From Octopus sinensis (lineage: Eukaryota), in contig NW_021832790.1 in the NCBI RefSeq assembly GCF_006345805.1, positions 1 through 41,147 of the forward strand: a DNA stretch of 41,147 nucleotides, written 5' to 3'. Position 1 is the stretch's first letter. The number at the start of each line of letters is the position of its first letter. Positions 11,830 to 22,853 of this stretch are shown here, piece by piece. A program made the position numbers and the translations under genes. Under the pieces are notes generated by a model. That model was not told the DNA's origin. It saw only the letters and a list, made by a program, of their open reading frames with translations, and searched no databases.

Positions 11830-11842
11830 GAGCATATGGTAA

Positions 11843-11917
11843 CACGTAGTGGGACTAAACCCAGAAACTTGCGATTAAGAAGCAAGCGTGTTACCAGACA
11901 ACCACTCCTGCGCCTAT
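11843..11917 (-). mobile_element. Family A SINE head fragment
   Basis: Minus strand ataggcgcaggagtggttgtctggtaa..ctgggtttagtcccactacgtg. Confidence 0.8.
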
Positions 11918-12170
11918 ATATATGCTCATCGTCTAAATAGTTCGAGTCTTTGCTTTCGCTTTATTTACATGTATATATATGGATGCATATTTTGAATATC
12001 TACCCCAAGCGGTTTTATTTGTTGTTTACATCATTATCCATTCATAATATATAATATATATATATATATATATATTAGAATATAATATATATATATATAT
12101 GAACACACACATTATTTGCATCGATGGTCTACCATTTATGTGAGAGATTTTCGTAATCAAACATAATATA

Positions 12171-12223
<53 letters not shown>

Positions 12224-12913
12224 ATATATATGTATATATAAATAATTATATACATGTATATACAAGTTAACATAGGCATTCTATGTTTACTTGCAAATAT
12301 ATTACCAGCGATTTAGTGCTTTCACAAATGATTGCATGATGGACACAAATTGACAGTTCCCGCTAATATAGCATAAATAGTTTCGCATACAATTTATACC
12401 TGTCTCTATCTAACATGTCCAGTAATTGGCTATTTTCTCTCAACAAGACAAATTGAGCCATTAACTATCCATCAAATTAAAAACAACAAAAAGAAAAAAA
12501 CAAATCGAAGTTAGTTATTCAGATGAACGTTAGAAGAAAAACAATAGAAGCGTTATTACTGGAATTTAAGAGTGGATCGAATCTGCTGAATCGTTATTGC
12601 TTCGTATAAAATGTTTTTTTACATCGTTACTGTTGTGTCATTGTTTTTCTTTCTTTTTTCGGACGTAGTGATTTTAGTTGTGTTGCTGTTGCTGGAGGCG
12701 GCGGTGGTGTTGCTAGTATTTTGACCCAGGTCAATCTTGATAAATCAACCTTACGATGAAAAACGTATATTTGGTACAGACGGAGGAGTCCTTTCGTAGT
12801 AGTGGGGATTGATGGACATCACGTACCGCTTTCTCTATGCTCTTTCCTTGGTTCGAATATTTTGCTATGATTTCCGCCATGTTGAGACAAGATCTTATAT
12901 ATATATATATAAC

Positions 12914-12950
<37 letters not shown>

Positions 12951-12972
12951 CATATACATTCATACACATATC

Positions 12973-13202
12973 CAAGGTGGTCCAAGATTAGGTTTAGTTA
13001 TCAAGTAAGCACTTTAATTTCCTTTTAAAACATTTTATTAGATTTAAATTTCTGTCTTACTGAATAGGGAGCTTGACAAAATTAACTAAATTAGAATACA
13101 ATAAAGGTTTCATATTATTTTATAATTAAAATCTAAACTGTTAAATATATAAACGCAAAAGGGATAGTTGAATAACCAGAAACCTACTTTTGGGCCACCC
13201 TG
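12973..13202. mobile_element. Tc1/mariner-type MITE, about 230 bp
   Basis: Imperfect TIRs caaggtggtccaagattaggttt and aaacctacttttgggccaccctg, followed by TA. Confidence 0.6.
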
Positions 13203-13258
13203 TATACACACACACACATATATATATATATGTATATGTACACAAAAAATGTATACAT

Positions 13259-13313
<55 letters not shown>

Positions 13314-13762
13314 TCAAAAATAAAATTAAAAACAAAAAGACCAACACTCAATATGACGTACGCAAGGAATATATGAGGTCGGCACTCAGTTTAAGATGTC
13401 AGGAATAGGGGGCGTGTAAAGTTTCGAGCATGGCTCTTTGTCACAAAGAGGAGAGAAGCACGTGTGTGGTAACATGGCTGTAGTACATATATACATACAT
13501 ACATTCATACATACATACATACACAATTTTATACATATTTTTATACATGTTATATATATATTCTACACCGTTCTGTATGTTTGGTTTTGTATTCTTTATA
13601 ACCTTGGAGAATCTTTATACCTGAAAATGCTTGACTTATGCTGAGGTGTATAAATAGATATGATTCAATTAATTTGGACGAATGATTTCATTTATGCGTT
13701 CGGGAATCTGTTTGACTGCCCAAACTTTGTGTTTACAATTCTCTCTCTCTCCCTCTCTCTCC

Positions 13763-13795
<33 letters not shown>

Positions 13796-13972
13796 ATATA
13801 TATGAATATATATGTATATGTGTATATATATATATATTATATATATATATATATACGTGTATAGGTATACATATATGTGTGTATATATTGTATGTATACA
13901 TGTTATATATAATATATATATATATATACAATAATAATCTCTAAGCGAGGTATAAACAGTAACTGCTCTGTA

Positions 13973-14260
13973 ATATAAGCGGACCAGCCATCTGAATGTG
14001 GCTAGGGACAGGGCGGGGTGGTGGGGGTGTTACTGATGCATTTAGCCCCAGGCGACTATAGACGTCACCAGAAGAGCCGACACCATCCGGTGTCCTTGCT
14101 AGCCTGTACGGGAGATCGCCCTCCCAGGCTAGCAAGGACACCGTGATGGTGTCGGCTCTTCTGGTGACGTCTATAGTCGCCTGGGGCTAAATGCATCATT
14201 AACACCCCCACCACCCCGCCCTGTCCCTAGCCACATTCAGATGGCTGGTCCCGCTTATAT
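13973..14260. repeat. Near-perfect GC-rich palindrome/hairpin (arms about 140 bp, 6-nt loop)
   Basis: Arms are reverse complements except one substitution, two 1-nt indels and a 4-nt bulge near the atcgcc loop (14115-14120). Confidence 0.97.
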
Positions 14261-14265
14261 ATATA

Positions 14266-14318
<53 letters not shown>

Positions 14319-15148
14319 TGCGTGTCGTGTGTGTCTATAGAAATTACAGCAGCACCGATTCCTTTCGATGTTTTGGATACGGATATATCTCATGTACAGA
14401 ATGTGATCGGAGACAGAAAAATAGGTAATGGGTATATATGAACATTTTCTCAGTTCTCGACCCTTCAACTACTTCCAGACCATCAGCCATTCACGAACAC
14501 CTGCTTGAAACATCGATTTCTATCGATAATCTATAGAGTCAACTTTGGAAACGTGATTCAATAGCACTGCTAACACAGGTGAAACATTTTATTGACTCAC
14601 CAGCTTTTAACACACTTCAAATTATATTACGGCTACATAAGGAAAATCGGTGTCCTTACCAGTAAATTAATATGTACGTTTCCCGTTGTCTGTTATGCGG
14701 AACTGGTATATCGAATAATGTTAGACCAATATATATTTCGTGGCTATTTAAGCAATCAGATCGTGGATGGTTAATGGGCTGGTTGTGCTGCTGAAGAGGG
14801 GGCAAGAACTTCAGAAACATGCATATGCAGCCATTACATATTTTCTTATATTCAGTTAAATCGTTTACATTAGACACTTTCGTATACAAAACGTCGTAAG
14901 GAATCGGTGCTGGCTCTAAGTTGTATAGAATTATCTATAGAAACGACTTTGAAAAAGTGATTTAATAACACTGATGATGCATTTGAGACAGAGTATTGAC
15001 TTATAAGCCTTCAATATACGGCGAAGTATATTGTGGTCGTATTGTATACGGTGTCGTTACCACCACTAATACCCACCTCATATATATATATATATATAAT
15101 ATATATATTAATATATATATATATATATGTATGTTATATATATATATG

Positions 15149-15179
<31 letters not shown>

Positions 15180-15900
15180 TATATTATATATAGTATATAT
15201 CAACTACATATATATATTTTATTACACACACACCACACACACACATATCATATATATATATATGTAATAAATATATGTATATATACTGTGCCGTATATCC
15301 GTGTGTTTGTGTCTTTAGTCAATCCATATCGACAAACAATATATACATCGGCGACGGAAAATCGAAAAGCGCGAAGTTTGCAAATAAGTTCCATATTCAA
15401 TTGTTCTGTATCGATTAGCAAGACTCTGGCAGCATAAAAATGCAGTGATACTGTAAACAGTGGTGACTTTGTTGACGATTTACGAAATAAAATTATAATA
15501 AATATAGAAGAATACTTTATCAGAATGCCATAGATGATTTCAGCGCGGTCCTAAATAGAAAAGACGCTTTGAAAACTACGAAAATACTGGCAGCAAGAAA
15601 CCTGAAAACAATACTGTCTGGTAGAATTAATTCATCATCGTTTTTAACCCTATAGCCACATGAACTTGTCGTGCCCTTGGTTACATTTGGTTGGGTCAAT
15701 ATACTGCAATATTTGGGAATAGGCCTTCTTATTTGTGGACAAATAATTCGATATTATCATGTTGTGCTATCTTATGTAAGATCTTCTTCCATTTCCGTAT
15801 TTTCCTCGTCAGTTTTTGAGCTACCCGGGGAGTGTTAAGGACGCAGCCCTCCCCTGTCTAGAAACCCGTAGATCGCAACAAGAAACATATTCGTTTCAAA

Positions 15901-16105
15901 TTCTGGTATATGGGCAGCAATTACGGGAGAGTGGGTAAAATGATTACATCGACTCCAGTGCTCAACTCGTATTTATTTTGTCGAAATCAAAACCATGGAA
16001 GGTAAAGTCATCATCGGCAGAATTTGAACTCAGAACGTAAAGATGAACGGAATGTCTCTGAGCATTTTAGCCGGCGTGCTAACGAATGTGCCAGCCCATC
16101 GCCTT
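15901..16105 (-). mobile_element. Family B SINE (diverged)
   Basis: atcgactccagt..gaatttgaactcagaacgtaa..gccggcgtgctaacg..gccagc..gcctt. Confidence 0.8.
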
Positions 16106-16258
16106 CCAAGAAACATATATTGGTAACACTAGCAACAAGTTCAGATAACATTAACAGCACTTTACTTACATAAATAACAACATATGTAGGTAATTCCGCC
16201 ACCAGCGGTAATTACCAAAGCAACCGAATGGCTGTTGAAAGACGGACAGCACCGACAA

Positions 16259-16416
16259 TAATCCTTTGAACACAAGTCCAAAGATTGAAACTGTGGGGGC
16301 GGGGACATGATATCGATTAATTCCATATCAACTGATACTTATTTTATCAACACCAAAGGGATCAAAAGCAAAGCTGAATCTCGGTGGGACTTGAACTCAG
16401 AACGTCAATACGGAAA
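16259..16416 (-). mobile_element. Family B SINE body (3' part of a split copy)
   Basis: aatcctttga..ttattttatcaac..ttgaactcagaacgtcaatacggaaa, ending at the point where 17788 resumes. Confidence 0.7.
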
Positions 16417-17787
16417 CCACCTATATTACAATGATTGAAGAAGTGCAGAACTGTGTCCAGTTTATATTTTTTCCCCACGTTTTTGAAACAAATCAAACTA
16501 CTTTGAAGAAATTATAAATGAATATTAAAAAAATTTAAACTATAAAGTATATTTGTATATTAGACATAAATTGTAAAGCGTAATATTACAAGATTCGCTT
16601 CTGTCTTAAATGTCAACTTCCGTTTGAATTCCATATGTAAACAAATAGCTTGTTTCTTTGCGTTCGTAAAAAAATGTAATAAATTGAAAAAAACAACAAA
16701 ACAAGCGTGTAAATTATTTTTAAAAGTATTATGTAGTGCAAAAGCAATAATTCCTATCTAATAGAAATAAGTTTTCATATTGTGTTAAAATGCGGTCATG
16801 CTGGAGTACCACTTTGAAATTATTTAGTCAATAACTAGCAGTATCGCCCGGCGTTGCTCGGGTTTGTAAGGAAAATAACTATAGAAGCATTTTTAGAGAT
16901 GTAAAGTATGATAGCCATCTTAATATGGCTAACCACAAAGGGGTGGTGGTGTTACTGAAGGGTGTTCTGAGATTTAATAACAAATTTTTAGAGAGTTACT
17001 TATATATGCCAAAAATGCATTAAAAATGGGAAAAATTGATGGTAAATTTTTTTAAAATCGTAAACTCATCGTAGACGCGCGCGCTAATACCAGAAGGGCG
17101 ATATGAATCACGACTATAAGATACCCGGTTTTGGTTAAACTGCACCGCAAAATGTGGGAGTAGTTAGGAATCTAAATCGTAGGAGACAGACAGCACACAA
17201 CCTCACTTTTATATATAAAGATATCATCTCCCAACACAATTCTTCGCAAGTGGTCAGATGTATGTTGTATTATCAAGAGCGTCAAGGAGAGAAAATATAA
17301 AAATTTAACCGAGATGAATGAAAAGAGGACCATTTCCTGACAGTTGCGTCTGCAAAAAAATTCTACAGTAATGTGAGACATTAATTATTTTCTTTTAATT
17401 GAAATGTATTTAAATTTCTTTTCAATTGCTAGGAAAGGGACACTAGGAACGCTTAAGACGTCTATAAGTGGAGATAATGAAACAACAATATACCAAAAAC
17501 TCGACTCTATTCATATTGGTAAATCTAATTCCCACCAGAGAATCTATTTTCAAATGAACATGTTCCCTTGATAGTCTCATCTCTTTTCCAATTTTCTTTA
17601 TCGTCTTCCTTAAATACATCATGGATTATTTTACTGATTACAGAATAAATTGTAACAGAGTCTTTGTTCAATTCGTGAGCATATTGTCAATTTACTCTAT
17701 AACTTATGTATCATATGTATATGTAATATCTAGGCGCAACCTATATGCCAGCAGAAAACCGCCCGGTGGGCGGCTTCTTTCTGCTAG
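16417..17787 (+). mobile_element. Putative non-autonomous Helitron splitting a B SINE
   Basis: Clear 3' end: hairpin CCGCCC-ggt-GGGCGG (17759-17773), 10 nt, CTAG|T. The 5' end is inferred from the SINE break (A|ccacctatatt, degenerate for TC). Confidence 0.6.
16835..17221 (-). mobile_element. Non-autonomous Helitron H1, 387 bp
   Basis: A|TCTTTATATATAAAAG 5' end and cccg-agcaacgc-cggg hairpin plus cgatactgCTAG|T 3' end; homologous to 30805-31203. Confidence 0.92.
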
Positions 17788-17841
17788 TACTGCTAAGTAT
17801 TTTCGTCCAGGGTTCGAATGATTCTGCCAGCTCACCGCCTT
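17788..17841 (-). mobile_element. Family B SINE head (5' part of the split copy)
   Basis: tactgctaagtatttt..gattctgccagctcaccgcctt continues the consensus gacgaaa|tactgctaag seen intact at about 11100. Confidence 0.75.
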
Positions 17842-17860
17842 GGTTCGATAATAGATTAAA

Positions 17861-18023
17861 ATTTTGGTACAAGGCCAGAAAGTTCAGGGGAGGGGTGATG
17901 TCAATTATACGCCCCCCCAAACCCCAGTGTTCAACTGTTACGTATTTTATCGGCCCTAAAAAAGAAGGAAGGCAGAGTTGACTTCAGCAGAATTTGAACT
18001 CAGATCGTGATGATGGACGAAAT
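17861..18023 (-). mobile_element. Family B SINE body lacking head
   Basis: acaaggcc..ccccagtg..gaatttgaactcag..gacgaaat. Confidence 0.75.
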
Positions 18024-18038
18024 TGTAGATGATTAATA

Positions 18039-18439
18039 ATCCTTTATACCATAGGCACACGACCTGGATTTTGGGGGAGGGGGACAGTCAATCACGTCGA
18101 CTCCAGTATTTAACCGGTACTTAATTTACCGGTACCCCGAAAGTATGAAAAGCCAAATCGACCTCGGCGTCATTTGAACTCACAAAGTAGCGGCAAACGA
18201 AATACCGATTTCTTTACAACCCACAAGGGGCTAAACGTAGAAAGGACAAACAAGGACAGACAAACGGATTAAGTTGATTATATCAACCCCAGTGCGTAAC
18301 TGGTACTTATTTAATCGACCCCGAAAGGATGAAAGGCAAAGTCAACCTTGGCGGAATTTGAACTCAGAACGTAGCGGCTGACGAAATACGGCTACGCATT
18401 TCGCCCGGCGTGCTAACGATTCTGCCGGCTCGCTGCCTT
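18039..18439 (-). mobile_element. Composite B SINE: old body (18039-18206) plus young full-length monomer (18207-18439)
   Basis: Junction cgaaatacc|gatttctttac. The young monomer differs from 19396-19628 at 19 of 233 positions by my count. Confidence 0.9.
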
Positions 18440-19238
18440 AGATGATTAGGAATGATAAAATAAGTTTCTAAAAAGAACAAAAACAACAATAATATCTACA
18501 CCACCATCACCACCACCACGACCAGCATTACGGCGACCACCACCATCTTCCCCACCACTGCTAACGACAAGAAAATCAACAGCATCTGCAACACCAGGAT
18601 TCAAACGGTAGCATCCACAAAACCATGTAACAACAGCAACATTGTTTTGGGAGCAAAAACAGATTTTTGTCTTTGTCTTTTCTTTTCTCTTTCCATTGAG
18701 TTTCCTTTTGTCTTCTGATTTTGTCTTGTGGTCTCCGACACTTGTCTCTGCTGCAGACTTGGTATTTAGTCTTTTGATCTCTAGATCTGGATGACATTTA
18801 GATCGTACTATGCTCAATACTTAGAGGTCAAATAACAACGACGCAATAGATTATATATGGTCTGAAAAATTAGCAGAAACAAAATACAAAAAGACAAAAG
18901 CAAAGAAGGAAAGAGAAAAGATGGCGAAGGATAAAATGCAGGAAAGGAAAGGAAACAAAGAAAACTCCAAAATTTGCCAGTTTTGAACGACAGAAGTGGA
19001 AGTGTCTGGTGCGAAGAAAAAATTGTGGGACTCCGTGAAATAAAGGAATATATTAGATCTTGTGATCAAGAATTGCAGAAATGGATGTTTCACGTTTCAA
19101 CTCGTTCTGTTTGAACACATGAGTTCAGATCAAGGGAAACAACTACAATTTCAAAATAATTACGTCTGTTAGCAACACGAACAACAACAATACCTACGGC
19201 AGTTACTCAAGGTAATAACATCATAGTATATACAAATG

Positions 19239-19628
19239 ATCCTTTCTATTGGAAGCACAAGGCCGCAAATTTGGGGTTAGGGATTAAGAGAATTAGATCG
19301 ATCCCAGTAAGCAACTGGTGCTTAATTTATCGACCTCGAAAAGAATTTGACCTCGGTGGAATTTGAACTCAGAACGTAAGGATAGACGACATACCTATTT
19401 CTTTACTACCCACAAGGGGCTAAACACAGAGAGGACAAACAAGGACAGACAAACGGATTAAGTTGATTATATCGACCCCAGTGCGTAACTGGTACTTATT
19501 TAATCGACCCCGAAAGGTTGAAAGGCAAATTCGACCTCGGCGGAATTTGAACTCACAACGTAACGGCAGACGAAATACGGCTACGCATTTCGCCCGGCGT
19601 GCTAACATTTCTGCCATCTTGCCGCCTT
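19239..19628 (-). mobile_element. Composite B SINE: old body (19239-19395) plus young full-length monomer (19396-19628)
   Basis: Junction cgacatacc|tatttctttac, at the same position as in 18039-18439. Confidence 0.9.
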
Positions 19629-19938
19629 CAGAAGCTGGAAGGATAGATCGATCAATGTGCTTGCTCACTTCTTGCTGACCAAGGCCTAAACATAATTAAG
19701 AACAGCAACACCGGTCTTTCGGTGGATGGATCGTTAACTGTAAGGTCTATGTACAAATCATCCAATTTTATGGCATCAGAAATCAATAATATTTATTCAG
19801 TGATGGCAGCTCATAATTTATGTGCTACAGATTTCTGCGACATTTGCTGTTTTTTAATAATTATTTTCTAAGTTATTGAGATCGATATAAATCAGTTGGA
19901 AACTTAGTCACTTTGATAACATTTACCACTTAGCAACA

Positions 19939-19940
<2 letters not shown>

Positions 19941-20014
<74 letters not shown>
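19941..20014. repeat. Perfect (CA)37 microsatellite
   Basis: Direct reading. Confidence 0.95.
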
Positions 20015-20017
<3 letters not shown>

Positions 20018-20121
20018 TAATAGCTGAAAATAAGTATATATAAATAAGAATCGTAGTTACTTGCTTTGATACAAATGGAAACCAAACGGTCATGAAATGT
20101 TACCCTGCCGTTAGAAATAAC

Positions 20122-20345
20122 ATGGCGCGCTGAAAGACTGTTAGCGCGTCGGACAAAATGTTTGCAGCCTTTTATCCGGTACTTTACTTTCTAAGATCAA
20201 ATCACGTTATCTTTGGTTTCGTTTTTTTTTTTAATCCCGGGAAGTCGATAAAATAAGGTACCTGTCAAGTATGGGGTGGGGATGTGAGGCTATGTAATGA
20301 ATTTGTTCTCTCCCCTCAAAAATTGCTTGCCCTGAAACCTGTACA
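20122..20345 (+). mobile_element. Highly diverged family B SINE
   Basis: gttagcgcgtcggacaaaatg..gtcgataaaataaggtacc..ctcccctcaaaaattgcttgcc. Confidence 0.5.
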
Positions 20346-20820
20346 TCCCTTTTGCATAAGATGTTTTGATCCCTGTCACTTGTGAGCAATGGGGACGGGA
20401 AAACTAGCCTGATGGATCCTCAGGATTAAGACTCCCCCCTGAAAGACAAAAAGCAATAAAGAAACCGCTAAGAATAATGGAATGAGATTACAAGATAATA
20501 TAGAAGCTGGTGCACTCTACGATTAAGTCAGGATGCTTACACATGGAGTGTCTTTGTTTTGTAGATTTCTCGAACAAGGTCAAACAACTAAATACAAATA
20601 ATGCTTCTCCGCCTTATGCCTAAGATCAACATCAAGTCTAAATACAAATATGCGGCGTGGTCGCTTGCTGTGTTCGAAATAGCAACCAAACCTTTCTCAA
20701 ATGAAACATTGCCGTTCAAAAATACTTGGAAGCGAAGCATTTGATATGCAGTCCAATATGCGCTGTACCCATGTCTGAGGTGATCTCGGTTGGAATGTTT
20801 TTCATGATAGGTTTGCTGAA

Positions 20821-21005
20821 AGGCGGCGAGCTGGCAGAATCGTTAAATCACTGGGAAAATGACTTATGGTATTTGTTGCGACTTTTTACGTTCTGAGTTC
20901 AAATTCTCTCAGGTCAGCTGAACCGTCCATCCATGTAGGAGCGATAATACAAAGTACTCATCAAGTCCCGGGATAGATGTAGTTATCTAATCTGCTGCCC
21001 TTGTG
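20821..21005 (+). mobile_element. Family B SINE (diverged)
   Basis: aggcggcgagctggcagaatcgtta..ttacgttctgagttcaaattc. Confidence 0.82.
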
Positions 21006-21139
21006 TTGAAATTTATAACTCTTATAAGTCTACAACGTCAAATAAAGTGTCATGCTTGAAAACACAACACACGGTTCCGGTCCATTAATCGAATTCACAA
21101 CTTTACGATTGTTAATCCAGTTCACTCAGCAGTAGGAAT

Positions 21140-21345
21140 GAGTTGCGACATCACTGGTGCCAAGCTGTATCGGCCCCTTTGCCTTTCCCTTGGATAACAT
21201 CAGTGGTGTAGAGAGGGGAGGCCGGTATGCATGGGCAACTGCTGGTCTTCCATACACAACTTTGCAAAAAACTTGTGTTTCAGAGGGTACCTTTTTAGGT
21301 ACAATCCCATGGTCGCTCCTGAGCGAAGAGGCCCTTTATAAGTCT
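21140..21345 (+). mobile_element. Unclassified GC-richer interspersed repeat
   Basis: gagttgcgacatcactggtgccaagctgtatcggcccctttgcctttcccttggataac... recalled as a frequent octopus repeat. Single copy here, so not verifiable within the window. Confidence 0.4.
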
Positions 21346-21765
21346 ATGAGGTGAATGTCTAATACAAGTCATAATAAATCTTGGAAAAACCATGAACGAA
21401 CGTGCGAACGATCCTCTACATGTTTGTTGGATGTGCTGGAAATAAGAGCTAAAGTTCGTGAAAATCATTTGAGGCATTCATTAAAATGAACGAAACACTT
21501 TATGGTATATTTCTAGATAAATTATATAAAAATTGTCAAAAAGATCAAGATTATGACTGGAACGCATTTCATTGTATATTTATTAAAGCTATGTTGACCT
21601 GGGGCTAAAGAACAACAACAGCAACAACAACAACAAGAAACAAGACACCACCAGCAGCAATCAACCTGTGGAAAACACGAGCGGCATATTTATATGTTTG
21701 TATGAAATATCAGATAATCGATATTTATTACTATCCTTTGTTATCACTGGAAGCTGAAACAAATA

Positions 21766-21837
21766 TTAACACACACACACATGTATAAATATATATACAT
21801 ATACACACACACACATATATATATATGTATGTACAAT

Positions 21838-21917
<80 letters not shown>

Positions 21918-22057
21918 CATATATAATACATATTATATACATATACATATACATATATTTGTATATATATATATATATAAATATATATATATATACAATA
22001 TATGTATATGTATATATATATATGTTATATATATATAATTGTATATACATATATATG

Positions 22058-22088
<31 letters not shown>

Positions 22089-22217
22089 TATAATATGTAT
22101 ATGAACATACATATATATACATATTCTATATCTGTGTATATTATACATAATATATATCGGTACAACACACACACACACCATATATATATATATATTATTT
22201 ATATATATATATATTTA

Positions 22218-22290
<73 letters not shown>
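21766..22290. repeat. Compound (TA)n/(CA)n microsatellite, about 520 bp
   Basis: Direct reading. Similar tracts lie at about 6605-6730, 11230-11325, 12050-12260, 13770-13930, 15080-15290, 22770-22890, 25575-25658, 28200-28495, 35510-35765 and 38265-38390. Confidence 0.95.
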
Positions 22291-22291
<1 letters not shown>

Positions 22292-22778
22292 CACCATGTA
22301 TATACACGTTAATTATATAGTGTTTCAGTATTACTTTATTCATCGATATTTATTTAGGACTTTATATTGATAATAAAAATTACGAAAATCCTTTGATGGA
22401 ATATTTATGACTTACCAAAACTCTATTTCAGATACCGTTCAAATAACTAGACATTATATAAATATATTCAGATATATTCCACTAGTTCTGCGTCACAAAG
22501 AAATTTTTCAAAGATTAATTTCTCCACAATATGGAATGTTTGACAAATATTTCAATACAATATGTAGATGACTTATATAAAACGAAAGCACAATATGTAT
22601 AAATATACAAATAAAAAAAAAATGTTGAAACCAGATATTAGTCAATAATTGCACAAGCCATATCAGGTGCTATAATAATTGTTTTTAACATAGGCGTAAT
22701 ATATCTACATAAATAAAATGCTGCATATCTCCTATCCATCACTCTCTCTTTCTCTCTGTACATACATACCTACATACA

Positions 22779-22853
<75 letters not shown>

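Noticed and set aside
14787-14831. gctg-CTGAAGA...GAAAC...cagc hammerhead candidate
   Set aside because: The cleavage triplet would end in G, stem III does not pair, and stem II needs a shift; likely chance.
18446-18817. 123-aa minus-strand ORF
   Set aside because: Largely built from purine-rich and GGT/GTT low-complexity runs, with no recognisable homology.
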